DNA of 32,400 nt from contig JAUCBJ010001663.1 of assembly GCA_032718475.1 (NCBI GenBank), positions 1 to 32,400 of the forward strand, written 5' to 3'. The notes below the pieces were generated by a model. The model did no database searches and was not told the origin of the DNA. It saw only the letters and a list, made by a program, of their open reading frames with translations. Origin of the DNA: Nemertoderma westbladi. Its lineage: Eukaryota > Animalia > Xenacoelomorpha. The position numbers and the translations under genes were made by a program. Positions 1-10,429 of this stretch are shown in pieces. How positions within the stretch are numbered: position 1 is the first letter of the stretch; every line of letters starts with the position of its first letter.

Positions 1-351
1 TCGTAGTAGCTGCAGTTGACCCGAGACCGCTAAGGGCAGTCCTTGTCAAACCAGTCCTGTGGCCAGCCCTTTCGCATGTCCGTCCCACCCCTCACGAACC
101 CCGAAGGGATCGGTCATCGAGAACCAGTACGGCTTAGGTCAGGGGGCAGTCTTAAGTTGGCCACCTGTTCGCGTGTCCGCTCCACCCCTCACGAACCCCG
201 GGGTTCGATCATCGAGACCCAGAACGGCTTGGCTACTAAGGGGCCGTCGGTGCCCGTCGCAAATCCCTGACACAAGCAGTCAGCGTTCCGAGTCCTTTTC
301 AGGCTCGTAGTAGCTGCCGTTGGCCAGGGACCGCTAAGGGCAGTCCTTGTC
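1..351. repeat. GC-rich direct/tandem repeat, period ~304 bp, with an internal ~97-bp duplication; truncated by the window edge
   Basis: tcgtagtagctgc..gaccgctaagggcagtccttgtc occurs at 1-47 and again at 305-351. ttcgc(a/g)tgtccg..ccacccctcacgaacccc..tcatcgaga..cag.acggctt occurs at 71 and 168. Confidence 0.8.
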
Positions 352-877
352 CTTTAGGCCTGGCACATTACCAAATCCACCCCTACAGGCAGCAGGAAGT
401 TGGCCAGGGCCTAATAGTACTCAGGCTAACCTGAATACTGCTTGCATTTTCCATCCCCCCTGGCCCTTATAACTATGAAATCATTCCCGTACCCTGTAAG
501 TTGCCCCAAAGTTCGCCCATAAATCGCCCCCAGTTTATTGAATGTGCCCAAAACCCATGGTCCCGCACCCAGTAGTAATATCGGAATAATCAATTTTAAT
601 AAAATACAAAAATATTCAACTCGCGTTATGGAAAGTTGAAATACCGCGAACAGCCATGCTCGGATTAATTATTTTTAATGATAAAATAACGTAGGTTGTT
701 TTACATAAAGCAGTAATGCGCACCCCATCCCTACTAGAACCCTAACCCCAGCAACTAGTACTGTGATTGGTGCCTATATAATGAAATGATATTAATGAGA
801 TAGTCTATTGGCTACACGTATGTATATTATGGCAATTAAAGTTCATTTTTTGAAATTAGGCAGGAGCATATTTGAAA

Positions 878-1569
878 TCATATCTGAACACAATCTGAAC
901 CCAATCTGGACCCAATCTCGAGAATTATACCAAATCTGAACCCAATCTGAATCGAAAATAGGAAGAGGGGTGAAAATTATTAATTTTTGCATTAACAATT
1001 TTGAAATTTGAAGAAATTTTACATATCTTTTTTCATATTTAGATTTGCTGGCAGCCGCAGCACTACTGATGTATTAGGGACTGCAGTTACTGCTGTATTG
1101 TACTGCTGTGCGGTCGTTCAGTCTCAGTCGTTAACGTTATAGCTCACCTCTACCGGTAGGCGGTATCCAACTGACAACTACAGAACTACTGTACTGCTGT
1201 ACGGTTCGGTTTCGGTCTAACGTTAAGTAGGTTACTAGTGCCTGGTACCGGTCCCTAGGCTCCATCTGCCCAGCTGTCTCTGCATACTGACATATACATA
1301 CATACTGTAAGGCACCGGTAAAGGTGATCTATAACGTCAACGACTGAACGACTTCACAGCAGTTACTGCCGTCCCCAAATACAGCAGTAGTGCTGCAGCT
1401 GTCCGCTAATTTAAATGTGAAAAAAGATATGTAAAATTTCTTCACATTTCAAAATTGTTAATGCAAAAAGTAATAATTCTCACCCCTCTTTCTATTTTCG
1501 ATTCAGATTCAGATTTGGTATAATTCTCGAGATTTGGTCCAGATTGGGTTCAGATTGGTTCAGATATGA
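878..1569. mobile_element. Palindromic (foldback-type) non-autonomous element, ~280-bp inverted arms
   Basis: tcatatctgaac..ctcgagaattataccaaatctgaa..aattttacatatcttttttca..ctaccggt (878-1157) is the reverse complement of accggta..tgaaaaaagatatgtaaaatt..tttggtataattctcgag..gttcagatatga (1314-1569). Subterminal (aatctgaaccc) repeats are present. No clear TSD. Confidence 0.85.
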
Positions 1570-2048
1570 CCTATCCTGGTACTATCCCGATTTTAGGCTC
1601 ATTCTGTTCGGAATAATGATTTTATTCAAATCCACTTACAATTTTATAATTTTATTATTTTATCTCATTTAAAAATCTATGGGTTTGGAGCTTTTTATTT
1701 AACAAACAGCATTGCAATAATTACGTCTCAAACGTACTCAAATCTTTGTTTTTCTTTAAATATTGTTGAAATCGTTTATCCTTATTAGCACCGGGCTATA
1801 AAATATTAAAAAAATAACCCCCCCCCCCCCCCCCCCCACACACACACACCACTAAAATCTACAAAGTTTATCGAAAAGGTCTGATTTTTTGTTTGTGAGT
1901 AGATTTCACTAGTCTGAATCAAAAATATAAAAATGTATAAAAAAATTTACTGGAGTGGTTATTTTGCAGCACCAAAATTTGAAGTAGTGAACAATTTTCA
2001 AAAAATTTGACAAATATTATAAGAGGTTTTAAATAAAGGGGCACTATG

Positions 2049-2229
2049 CATCCCTCCCGGGGGCCAGGATAAAATATGTAAATGCGGCACTCTGCCACCC
2101 TGATTGGGTTAAGTTGTAATTATATAATGGCAGTACACTGCCGCCTTAATGTCATTCATCCTGAATTATTTAGAATGAAAAAGGCGGCAGTGTGCCGCCT
2201 TTTTTAAATATTGGTACGCAAAGGGTTAA
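2049..2229 (-). mobile_element. One end of a piggyBac-type MITE (same family as 10008-10429)
   Basis: Ends TTGGTACGCAAAGGG|TTAA (CCC/GGG terminus plus TTAA target). It carries aaggcggcagtgtgccgcc subterminal motifs, and its reverse complement aligns with 10004-10260. Confidence 0.75.
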
Positions 2230-2324
2230 TTATATTAAAAGTTATTATTATATATTGGCAATATTGATGCTATATACGTCATTATATTGTTGTAGGCCTA
2301 CAGAATAATCTTCAAGAAACTTAC

Positions 2325-2394
2325 CACTTGTAACGCATCTGGATAAAGTGACAACCAGTGCTATTACAATCCAGTAAAATGTCATGTTAATCAT
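2325..2394 (-). CDS. Probable first coding exon (signal peptide) of a secreted/membrane protein; the rest of the gene is not found in this window
   Basis: The minus strand reads ATG..MINMTFYWIVIALVVTLSRCVTS+G followed by a canonical donor G|GTAAGT (phase 1). The hydrophobic core and small residues near the end fit a signal peptide, and a phase-1 intron after a signal peptide is typical. Confidence 0.6.
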
Positions 2395-3059
2395 CGTTGT
2401 TACTTTGCTTCTTGCACGCAGTAGTTGCGTTGCAGTCTTTGTGTTAAGGTGTAGCTGGTGGATCTTCTATACAGTATCTTTAAATGGCAGTTGACAGTTG
2501 TATCGACCGACAGACTTCTGAAGAATGTATAAGAAGATATTTCGTTAGAAATAATATATGTGTAAGCTACAGTACAAGAAGCGCAATTGGGTATGAATTT
2601 ATTATTGTTTTACAACAACAACACATGATGAAAAGTGGTTCCAATGATGTATAAAACAGTACAATTCAAAGTAAACGGAAGAACAGTTCTGTTTTGTTAG
2701 CATATGGTTTTATAACAACCACAGCATGTGGCGGTACCGTGTAGAACTTCTTTGAAGACGAATATTGTAATGTTAGTAAGCTTAGATCCAGTCCCAGTAT
2801 AACTCATCATTTTGTTATAAAACCATATGCTAACAAAACTGCGTATTGTTTTTCCGGAAAATTTGAATTGTACAGTACCTCGAATATTACTGGTACTGGC
2901 AGCACTAGATAGTGCTGGTAGGACTAGCAATATACGAGGTTGATATGTGATATCTTTGTTCTTTCCCGTTTTTCATGTTCGGACACAATGCGACTTCCAA
3001 TTACTGTATGTGCTCATGGTAGTACAGTAGTATGAGCCCCCCTCCTCCGCTCAAGGTCA

Positions 3060-3212
3060 CCCGTAGCCAAGCAATAGGACCACTTCTGAACTGTTTCAAT
3101 ACAATCAGAGGACTCATATTCTAGCCAATTACGGCTCAGAATTGATTTAGGTCATTATCTTCCAGCCAATCAAGGCCACCATTTCAATCAGGTCACCCGT
3201 TTCCATAGCAAC
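3060..3212. promoter_or_regulatory. Promoter-like cluster: CCAAT (NF-Y) boxes plus a canonical RFX X-box
   Basis: agCCAATt at 3125 and agCCAATca at 3166, with CAATCA variants near 3102 and 3185. GTTTCCATAGCAAC at 3199-3212 matches the 14-bp RFX/DAF-19 X-box consensus GTHNYY-AT-RRNAAC. Confidence 0.6.
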
Positions 3213-3439
3213 GTTGCTTGTCCGCTAGTGGCGTTATAGCTTATAGGTCATGAAAAACTCATCTTCGTTCACGTGTTGTGGTGTCTAGTCTTAGCGGCAA
3301 CTACAACTACTAACTGTAGGCCTAGGCCTACATTTAATATTCACCTTCTACTTTTCACGTTTTACTCATTCAGCACACCGATAGGTAGTTTTTCAAGTTA
3401 TTTAATCTGACACAGTAAGGGAATGGCAATATCAGTCCA

Positions 3440-3850
3440 CACGAGCGTCCGCGTTCGCTGCCAGGAGGATGGAAACGTTGCTGATGTCGCACCGTACTGG
3501 TCGCCTCCTTGCAGAACGACAACCACTGACACACATAATAGCTGCACGTAATAGTGCGAAACATCAGGTGTCCTAACCTGGCGACGAACAACCTAGCTGA
3601 TGGGGCAAACCCCCGAATGCCGATAGAATAAATGGGGTAAACGTGGCCATCTCTACATCTCTCACTCTCTCCTCATATTGAGCGCGTTTCCTCGCCTCAT
3701 TGTACTCAAATGCTCCAATCAAACCGCGGCGCGGGTGGCATTCGACTGTGTTAGTAGAGGATTGAAGATCGACACATCAATCAGAGTCCTCTTGAACCCC
3801 CCCCCCCCCCCCCCCCCATCGATACGTCTAGTCGTGCAGACTCATCTCAA
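3440..3850 (-). mobile_element. Decayed 3' fragment of a CRE-like non-LTR retrotransposon (restriction-like endonuclease domain)
   Basis: Minus-strand translation across frameshifts gives DESARLDVS..FKRTLIDVSIFNP..AFEYNEARKRAQYEERVRDVEMATFTPFILSAFGG..ARLFVARL. This matches the ARLD..DV..FNP..E..K..Y..FTP..S..GG pattern of CRE-clade RLE domains. Confidence 0.7.
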
Positions 3851-4394
3851 GTAGTTGAGCTGCTATGTGCTATGTACTATATATGTGCTAGTAAATTGCG
3901 TTCAACACTGTCGGTGGTTTAAAATAAAGTAAATCAAGACCTCCCCTTCCCCACGCTAATCCGTAACACACTGCGACCCACCTCCACCCATCCCACGACC
4001 CAACCACGCAGCCAAGCGTCTCGTAGGTAGCCCATCTGCTTTAGCTTTTGCTAGTTGTTATTGCACCCGCATCTGTTGAATATATCTACGTAGAACGTTG
4101 ACTGACAACCAAGTTTACACGGGGAAATAAATACTTATTAGCTGTGGTTGATCGTGTCCCTTAGCAGTGAATGTCCATTGTTCGTTGCACCTCAGATGTA
4201 TCATATTTATAAAAATACCATGAATGAACGAACGACAATAATTGTAAACTATGCAAATGTTGAATTGGTAATATTTTTAATTGTTTATAAATTGGAACTG
4301 ATGAAATGAGTCAATCTGAGAATGTAATGCAGTGTAATATTTTATTATTTTTGATACTGTTTATGAAGTAGGATACAGCAATACACATTAGTAG

Positions 4395-5015
4395 ATTAAT
4401 AATTAATAATCGTTTTATATTCATCATAAATGACATAGCCTACATAATTATAGCACATTAGTAAAAAATTGATATTGTTGTACCTGATACTGCTTACTTA
4501 AAAATATATAGAGTCAATAAAATCACAATATTATCATCATCAATTCATATAGACTTGTTAATAAAAACGTGAAATATATTATCCAACAAAATACGTCAAT
4601 TTGTTTAAAAATAAATAAATAAATAACTAATTACAGACGGAGGCGGTTATACGTTTTAAAAAGCATTGATTGAGGCACGCAAACAGAATGTACAAGTGAC
4701 AAAATTGAGTTATTAGAATTCCTGACTCTAGAAAACAGACTATGAAAGGCAAAGCGATGAATATGATTAATTGAATTAATCCTAAGTGACATTAACATAT
4801 AACTGGCACTGAGATGAGTGTCCGTAATACTCTCATACAATTTAAAACCAAATAACTTCCTAACCGATTTATTTAGTGCTATACAAAGTTTATTAAACAC
4901 GTTACGTGTGTAGTAACCGTCAGCCCAGAGGGCATTACAATAAACAGATGAACAATAACTAGAAAAGAGTTGTATTTTTACATTATCGGAGCACCCACTG
5001 AACTTACTAATTGTA
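4395..5015 (-). mobile_element. 3' relic of a LINE (C-terminal post-RT region; clade not assigned)
   Basis: Minus-strand frame KFSGCSDNVKIQLFSSYCSSVYCNALW..VFNKLCIALNKSVRKLFG..SRVRNSNNSIL, stop at 4631-4633. This resembles the LINE ORF2 C-terminal pattern F..CS..VK..LF..YC..Y...LW. An AT-rich tail-like sequence follows near 4400. Confidence 0.65.
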
Positions 5016-5351
5016 AGTTCTATTGTTGTATTGTTGTATTGTAATCTCAGATTATAATTGATGTACAGTATGTAGGATTAATGAGTAGTACAAGGTTTTA
5101 AGTGTTGATGTTGGAAACTTATGGCGCAAACGGTAAAATATTCCTGGTTGTTTTGAGATTTTTGTAAGTATGTATTGTATATTATTTTTCCATGTTAAAT
5201 TCTCATCAATGTGAATTCCAAGATATTTCAGTGCTGATGATCGGTTGATAAGTTTGTTGTTAATTTGAATTTTATTATCGAAATCCGTTTTATTGAAAAT
5301 TCGGGTTTCTTAATATTTATATATTGTTATCATTTACTTAATATTTAGAAA

Positions 5352-5461
5352 GGCGGGGTAGCTGGTTACGCACCGGGCTTGCAATTGGTTGTACTGTAGG
5401 TTATCCCCACCAGGGTCAACACAGCCTTTCATCCACTGGGGTCGATAAATTTAGTACCAGG
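5352..5461 (+). mobile_element. Degenerate SINE fragment with a conserved central domain
   Basis: ggtcaacacagcctttcatccactggggtcgataaatttagtaccag resembles, from recall, the central domain of Meta/Sauria-type SINEs. An A-box-like tagctggtt lies upstream and no intact B-box is present. Confidence 0.5.
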
Positions 5462-5621
5462 GGAGCGAAACAAGGGATATGAGTTAGCGCCAATCACTTT
5501 GGCTCAGAATTCAAGTGATTTTTTGAAGTAATGTTGTTTTTAGTTGATTTAGAGAATAACCTAGAATCGACAGCGAACAAAACTGTGAATAAATTTGTTG
5601 AATTTGGTAAATAATTTATCT

Positions 5622-5879
5622 ATAATAATAATAATAATATTGGTTATTTATATAGCGCTTTTCTACGCTCAGCATACTCAAAGCGCTTTTATTATCATTA
5701 CCCCAGCAAAGCCAGGTTCCCATTATACCGCTGGGTTGACGTAGGCACTAATATGTAAAGTACAAGTGTAATTACACAACAGTGCGAAATTTATACAGCC
5801 TTTAGTCGGATTCGAACCTGCGCCACCAAACACTATTGTGTAAGCAGTTCAGGCGCCGTATCCACTCGGACACTGCGAC
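5622..5879 (-). mobile_element. tRNA-derived SINE with an L2-like 3' tail
   Basis: The minus strand shows a head gtcgcagtgtccgagtgg (A-box) and ggttcgaatcc (B-box), a central caacccagcggtataatgggaacc (Deu/Nin-like), and a 3' aagcgctttgag..aaaagcgctatataaat followed by a (TAT)n tail. Confidence 0.75.
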
Positions 5880-6447
5880 ATCAAATAAAAAAATAATAAA
5901 AAAAATAATAAATAATAAAAAAATAATAATAAAAAGAACATCGAACCCAATAGGCCTATGCTTCTCACTGCAATACCACAGCTTATTAATTGTAGGTTTG
6001 AAACATAATTATTAATATTTCTGAATAGATATCTATTGGTAAAGTAATTTGTAAAAAGGTTAAGTTGTATCCCTCGTATACCACAGTGCTCTAATTATTT
6101 TTTTAGGATATCAGTAACGATAATACCGTGCCTTTCACTATAGTTACACACAACCACGTACGTTTTAGTTACTGTAGTACATGACCCCAACTGCTCTTAT
6201 AAACTCCCCACCCGTTAGATGTTTTGAGTCTAAATAGCTGAACGACCGAATCATTATACAGTAACTGGCGCACCGTGAATACGACATGAGTATGGTATGG
6301 AATTGCCAAGACTTAGGTAGAAAGTTTAAAAATTGTGGAAAGAGGAAAATAAAACAGAAGTATTAGTTAGTACAATATGCAGTAGTTGATGGTCATTGGT
6401 TCATCTAGGATTCGAACCACATTGACTGTAAAAGGTTCTAAAAATCA

Positions 6448-7190
6448 AAAGTAAAAATATCGAGAGTAAATAAATCAAGAGTAAATAAATCGAGAGTAAA
6501 AATAACGAGAGTAAAAAATATCGAGAGTAAAAATATCGAGAGTAAAAATATCGAGAGTAAAAAATATCGAGAGTAAAAATATCTAGAGTAAAAATATCGA
6601 GAGTAAAACTATAGAGAGTAAAAATATCGAGAGTAAAAATATCGAGAGTAAAAATATGGAGTGTTGAAAAATATCGAGAGTAAAAATATCGATTGTTGAA
6701 AAATATCGAGAGTAAAAATATCGAGTGTTGAAAAATATCGAGTGTAAAAAATTCGAGAGTAAAAATATCGAGTGTTGAAAAAAATCGAGAGTAAAAATAT
6801 CGAGTGTTGAAAAATATCGAGATTAAAAATATCGAGTGTTGAAAAATATCGAGATTAAAAATATCGAGAGTAAATATATCGAGAGTAAAAATATAGAGAG
6901 TAAAAATATCGAGAGTAAAAATATCGAGAGTAAAAATATCGAGAGTAAAAATATCGAGAGTAAAAATATCGAGAGTAAATATATCGAGAGTAAAAATATA
7001 GAGAGTAAAAATATCGAGAGTAAAAATATCTAGAGTAAAAATATCGAGAGTAAAACTATCGAGAGTAAAAATATCGAGAGTAAAAATATCGAGAGTAAAA
7101 ATATCGAGAGTAAAAATATCGAGAGTAAAAATATCGAGAGTAAAAATATCGATTGTTGAAAAATATCGAGAGTAAAAATATCGAGAGTAA
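6448..7190 (+). repeat. Minisatellite array, 15-bp unit ATCGAGAGTAAAAAT with a 17-bp variant ATCGAGTGTTGAAAAAT (left arm of a foldback-like element)
   Basis: Directly visible tandem array; it produces the spurious (KNIES)n ORF. Confidence 0.95.
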
Positions 7191-7334
7191 CAATTTTTTT
7201 TATAATGTTTTTATGATAATTTTTATCCTAAAAATTTTATAGAAGACAAAAGTGTTCTAGAACAAAAATATTTATCAAATTTGGTAGCTAGCACACCTTC
7301 TATAATATTTATTTAAAAAAAATAGCAAAAACTA

Positions 7335-8038
7335 CAGTACAGGCCACCAAAAAACGCAGATTTGTACAATTGTGAACACATTTTATCAAATGTTTACCAG
7401 TGTAATGTAATGTTGTTGAACGGGACAATTGAACATAATTGAACATAATTGAATTGGCAACAACCAAAATTTTTTCACCAAAGGATACAATTGAATACTT
7501 TTGAAACGCTTAGTAATCTGGAAACTCTGTAGTTTGCCGCGAACTGTCACTTACTGCAGCTGGAAATGCGATAAGGATTTTGTTTACCTTTATAGTGTGC
7601 GGTTAATAGTGTCTAATAGGCAGGACTATAGTTAGTGATGTTAAGGCATCTTCTGGTCTTTCTCTGTGCCCTCTCGGTGTCAGACTAATGGCGCGACATC
7701 TCCCTGCACTAAATTAATTATTCAATGGTCTAGGCTCCTCCATCCATATACCCATCCACTCCCATACACTCCATGAACCTCCATGTGGTCTTGTATGTAG
7801 TTCTCTCTCTACCAACAGCCCATGTCCGCAATGTTACGCCCTGGGGGCTCTCTCATCTACCTGATATCAGACATACAGGCGCACCACACACAAAGTCTTT
7901 GTCGGTCCCAGCAAGTTAGCCTCCTGCTGTGTGATCTAGAAGATAACTCGCCATAACCTGCCAATCAGATGACTTGAGCAAATGTGTTCACATGTGATCA
8001 CATTGCAATAAATCTGCTTTTTCTGGTGGCCTGTACTG
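7335..8038. mobile_element. Tc1/mariner-type MITE nested in the foldback core
   Basis: TA|CAGTACAGGCCACCAaAAAAcGCAGATTT at the left end and AAATCTGCtTTTTcTGGTGGCCTGTACTG|TA at the right end. A further inverted match is tgtgaacacattt / aaatgtgttcaca. Confidence 0.75.
7640..7850 (-). mobile_element. Possible highly decayed RTE-type LINE 3' end inside the MITE
   Basis: Minus-strand frame VTLRTWAVGRERTTYKTTWR resembles the RTE C-terminal ALxW...GRPKTTWR motif. The segment is locally GC-richer; similarity is weak. Confidence 0.3.
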
Positions 8039-8159
8039 TAGCTAGTATATAATTATGGTCAATGGGTACCCAAGGTGTAATGCTATTTACTTACAATTGC
8101 ACCGTTGTACACCATGCACTGTGCAATATTGTGCCATAAAACTAAATAAAATGCTCACA

Positions 8160-9362
8160 ATATTTTTACTCTCGATATTTTTCAACACTCGATATTTTTT
8201 ACTCTCGATATTTTTCAACACTCGATATTTTTCAACACTCGATATTTTTCAACACTCGATATTTTTACTCTCGATATTTTTCAACACTCGATATTTTTAC
8301 TCTCGATATTTTTCAACACTCGATATTTTTACTCTCGATATTTTTCAACACTCGATATTTTTACTCTCGATATTATTCAACACTCGATATTTTTACTCTC
8401 GATATTTTTCAACACTCGATATTTTTCAACACTCGATATTTTTACTCTCGATATTTTTACTCTCGATATTTTTACTCTCGATATTTTTACACTCGATATT
8501 TTTACACTCCATATTTTTCAACACTCGATATTTTTACTCTCGATATTTTTACACTCGATATTTTTCAACACTCGATGTTTTTACTCTCGATATTTTTCAA
8601 CACTCGATATTTTTCAACACTCGATATTTTTACTCTCGATATTTCTACTCTCGATATTTTTACTCTCGATATTTTTCAACACTCGATATTTTTACTCTCG
8701 ATATTTTTCAACACTCGATATTATTACTCTCGATATTTTTCAACACTCGATATTTTTACTCTCGATATTATTCAACACTCGATATTTTTACTCTCGATAT
8801 TTTTCAACACTCGATATTTTTCAACACTCGATATTTTTACTCTCGATATTTTTACTCTCGATATTTTTACTCTCGATATTTTTACACTCGATATTTTTAC
8901 ACTCCATATTTTTCAACACTCGATATTTTTACTCTCGATATTTTTACACTCGATATTTTTCAACACTCGATGTTTTTACTCTCGATATTTTTCAACACTC
9001 GATATTTTTCAACACTCGATATTTTTACTCTCGATATTTCTACTCTCGATATTTTTACTCTCGATATTTTTACTCTCGATATTTTTACTCTCGATATTTT
9101 TACTCTCGATATTTTTACTCTCGATATTTTTACTCTCGATATTTTTACTCTCGATATTTTTACTCTCGATATTTTTACTCTCGATATTTTTACTCTCGAT
9201 ATTTTTCAACTCTCGATATTTTTACTCTCGATATTTTTACTCTCGTTATTTTTAATCTCGATATTTTTTGAACTCGCGGTATTATCGATATTTTTCAACA
9301 CTCGATATTTTTACTCGCGTTATTTTAACTCTCGATATTTTTCATGTCTCGATATTTTTCAA
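8160..9362 (-). repeat. Minisatellite array (reverse complement of 6448-7190) with a 395-bp higher-order duplication
   Basis: Units ctcgatatttttact / ctcgatatttttcaaca. Rare variants recur exactly 395 bp apart (8371/8766, 8506/8901, 8571/8966, 8641/9036). Confidence 0.95.
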
Positions 9363-10007
9363 TATAACCCGTTATACGACGTAATTTAGCGGACAATAAA
9401 GGTATCCCCTTTATCCCCTTTACGGAAAATAAATAATGTAATAATTTATATGGTCGATCAATTATTTTAATTTTACATAAATTAACCAAGTTGTACCAAT
9501 TTTTCTTATTAAATTGCATAAATCAGCCACTGTTCATGTTTATAAATAATCAATAATAATTTAAACGAGCACCACACAAACATTTATCCAATAAAGAACC
9601 TCTCGCATTAGGCGGGCTATTTGAATAGAAGTTGATTGTTGCCTAGATTAGATGTATTACAGTCTTGATTACAGTACAGCAGTACCGGTAACGGTAGACA
9701 GTAGAAACAGTAATTATTTTCACGGCTATATAATTTATTGTTGTAACTTGTAGCTACCGGTACCGGTCATGCCGGTGGTAGTGCTGTACTGCTTTCATGG
9801 TTTTGGTACCGGCTGACCGGTACCGACAAACACCGGCTGACCGGCAGACCGGTGGTCTTAGTAATTATTATAAGATAAAGCCAAGGCCTACAGGCAGACC
9901 GGTACTTAAGTTAACTTAGTTCTGTAGTTTAAATAGGCCTTGCTTCCTTGACAGCTTGGATAAAGCAGTAAAGCTCATTATTTGTTCTTACTGCAGTACT
10001 ATCTTAA

Positions 10008-10429
10008 GCCTTTGCGTACCAATCCTTACAAAAGCAGAAAAGGCGGCACACTGCCGTGCCACCTTTAATTTTCTATTTATTTAAGGACCATGTTCATAAA
10101 CGGATAAAGGCGGCAGTCAGCAGTGTGCCGCCTTTCAGCCTTTATGTAATTATAACTTAACCCTCAGGCAGTCAGGGCTCAGGGTGGCAGAGTGCCGCCT
10201 TTAAATATTTTATCTTGACCCCCAGTCTGCCAGTCAGCCAGTGCCCGCCAGCAGCCAGGGAGTCAGGCTGGCTGGGTGCCGCCATTACTGCATTATACAA
10301 CTATTGGGACGGAAAAATGGAGTAAGAAAATAATGCTTGGTCCAAATTAATGTATTTTTCTTGGTCCTTAAATTAAAAATAAAAATATACATAATTTATA
10401 TTTGGCATTTGGTACCGGTACGCAAAGGG
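10008..10429 (+). mobile_element. piggyBac-type MITE riddled with micro-insertions
   Basis: TTAA|gCCTTTGCGTACCAA ... TTGGTA[CCGGTA]CGCAAAGGG|ttTTAA. The internal sequence is homologous to the reverse complement of 2049-2229. Confidence 0.75.

Larger units (their letters stand above)
6448..9362. mobile_element. Foldback-like element whose long inverted arms are tandem arrays (FB/Phantom-like architecture), non-autonomous
   Basis: The array at 6448-7190 and its reverse-complement array at 8160-9362 flank a ~970-bp core. No transposase and no TSD were seen; the superfamily is inferred from architecture only. Confidence 0.6.

Noticed and set aside
43-310. Two short ORFs, and a retrozyme/hammerhead interpretation of the 304-bp repeat
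   Set aside because: The ORFs have non-ATG starts inside a GC-rich repeat, and no CTGANGA core was found on either strand.
5790-5879. tRNA gene on the minus strand
   Set aside because: A and B boxes are present, but there is no convincing cloverleaf and it continues into a SINE body and (TAT)n tail.
6448-9362. CRISPR-like array
   Set aside because: The units are contiguous with no unique spacers, there are no cas genes, and the context is eukaryotic.
8055-9389. 444-aa and 226-aa ORFs (also 6836-7033 and 9009-9209, KNIES repeats)
   Set aside because: They are translations of the 15/17-bp minisatellite, open in several frames and on both strands, with no protein-like content.
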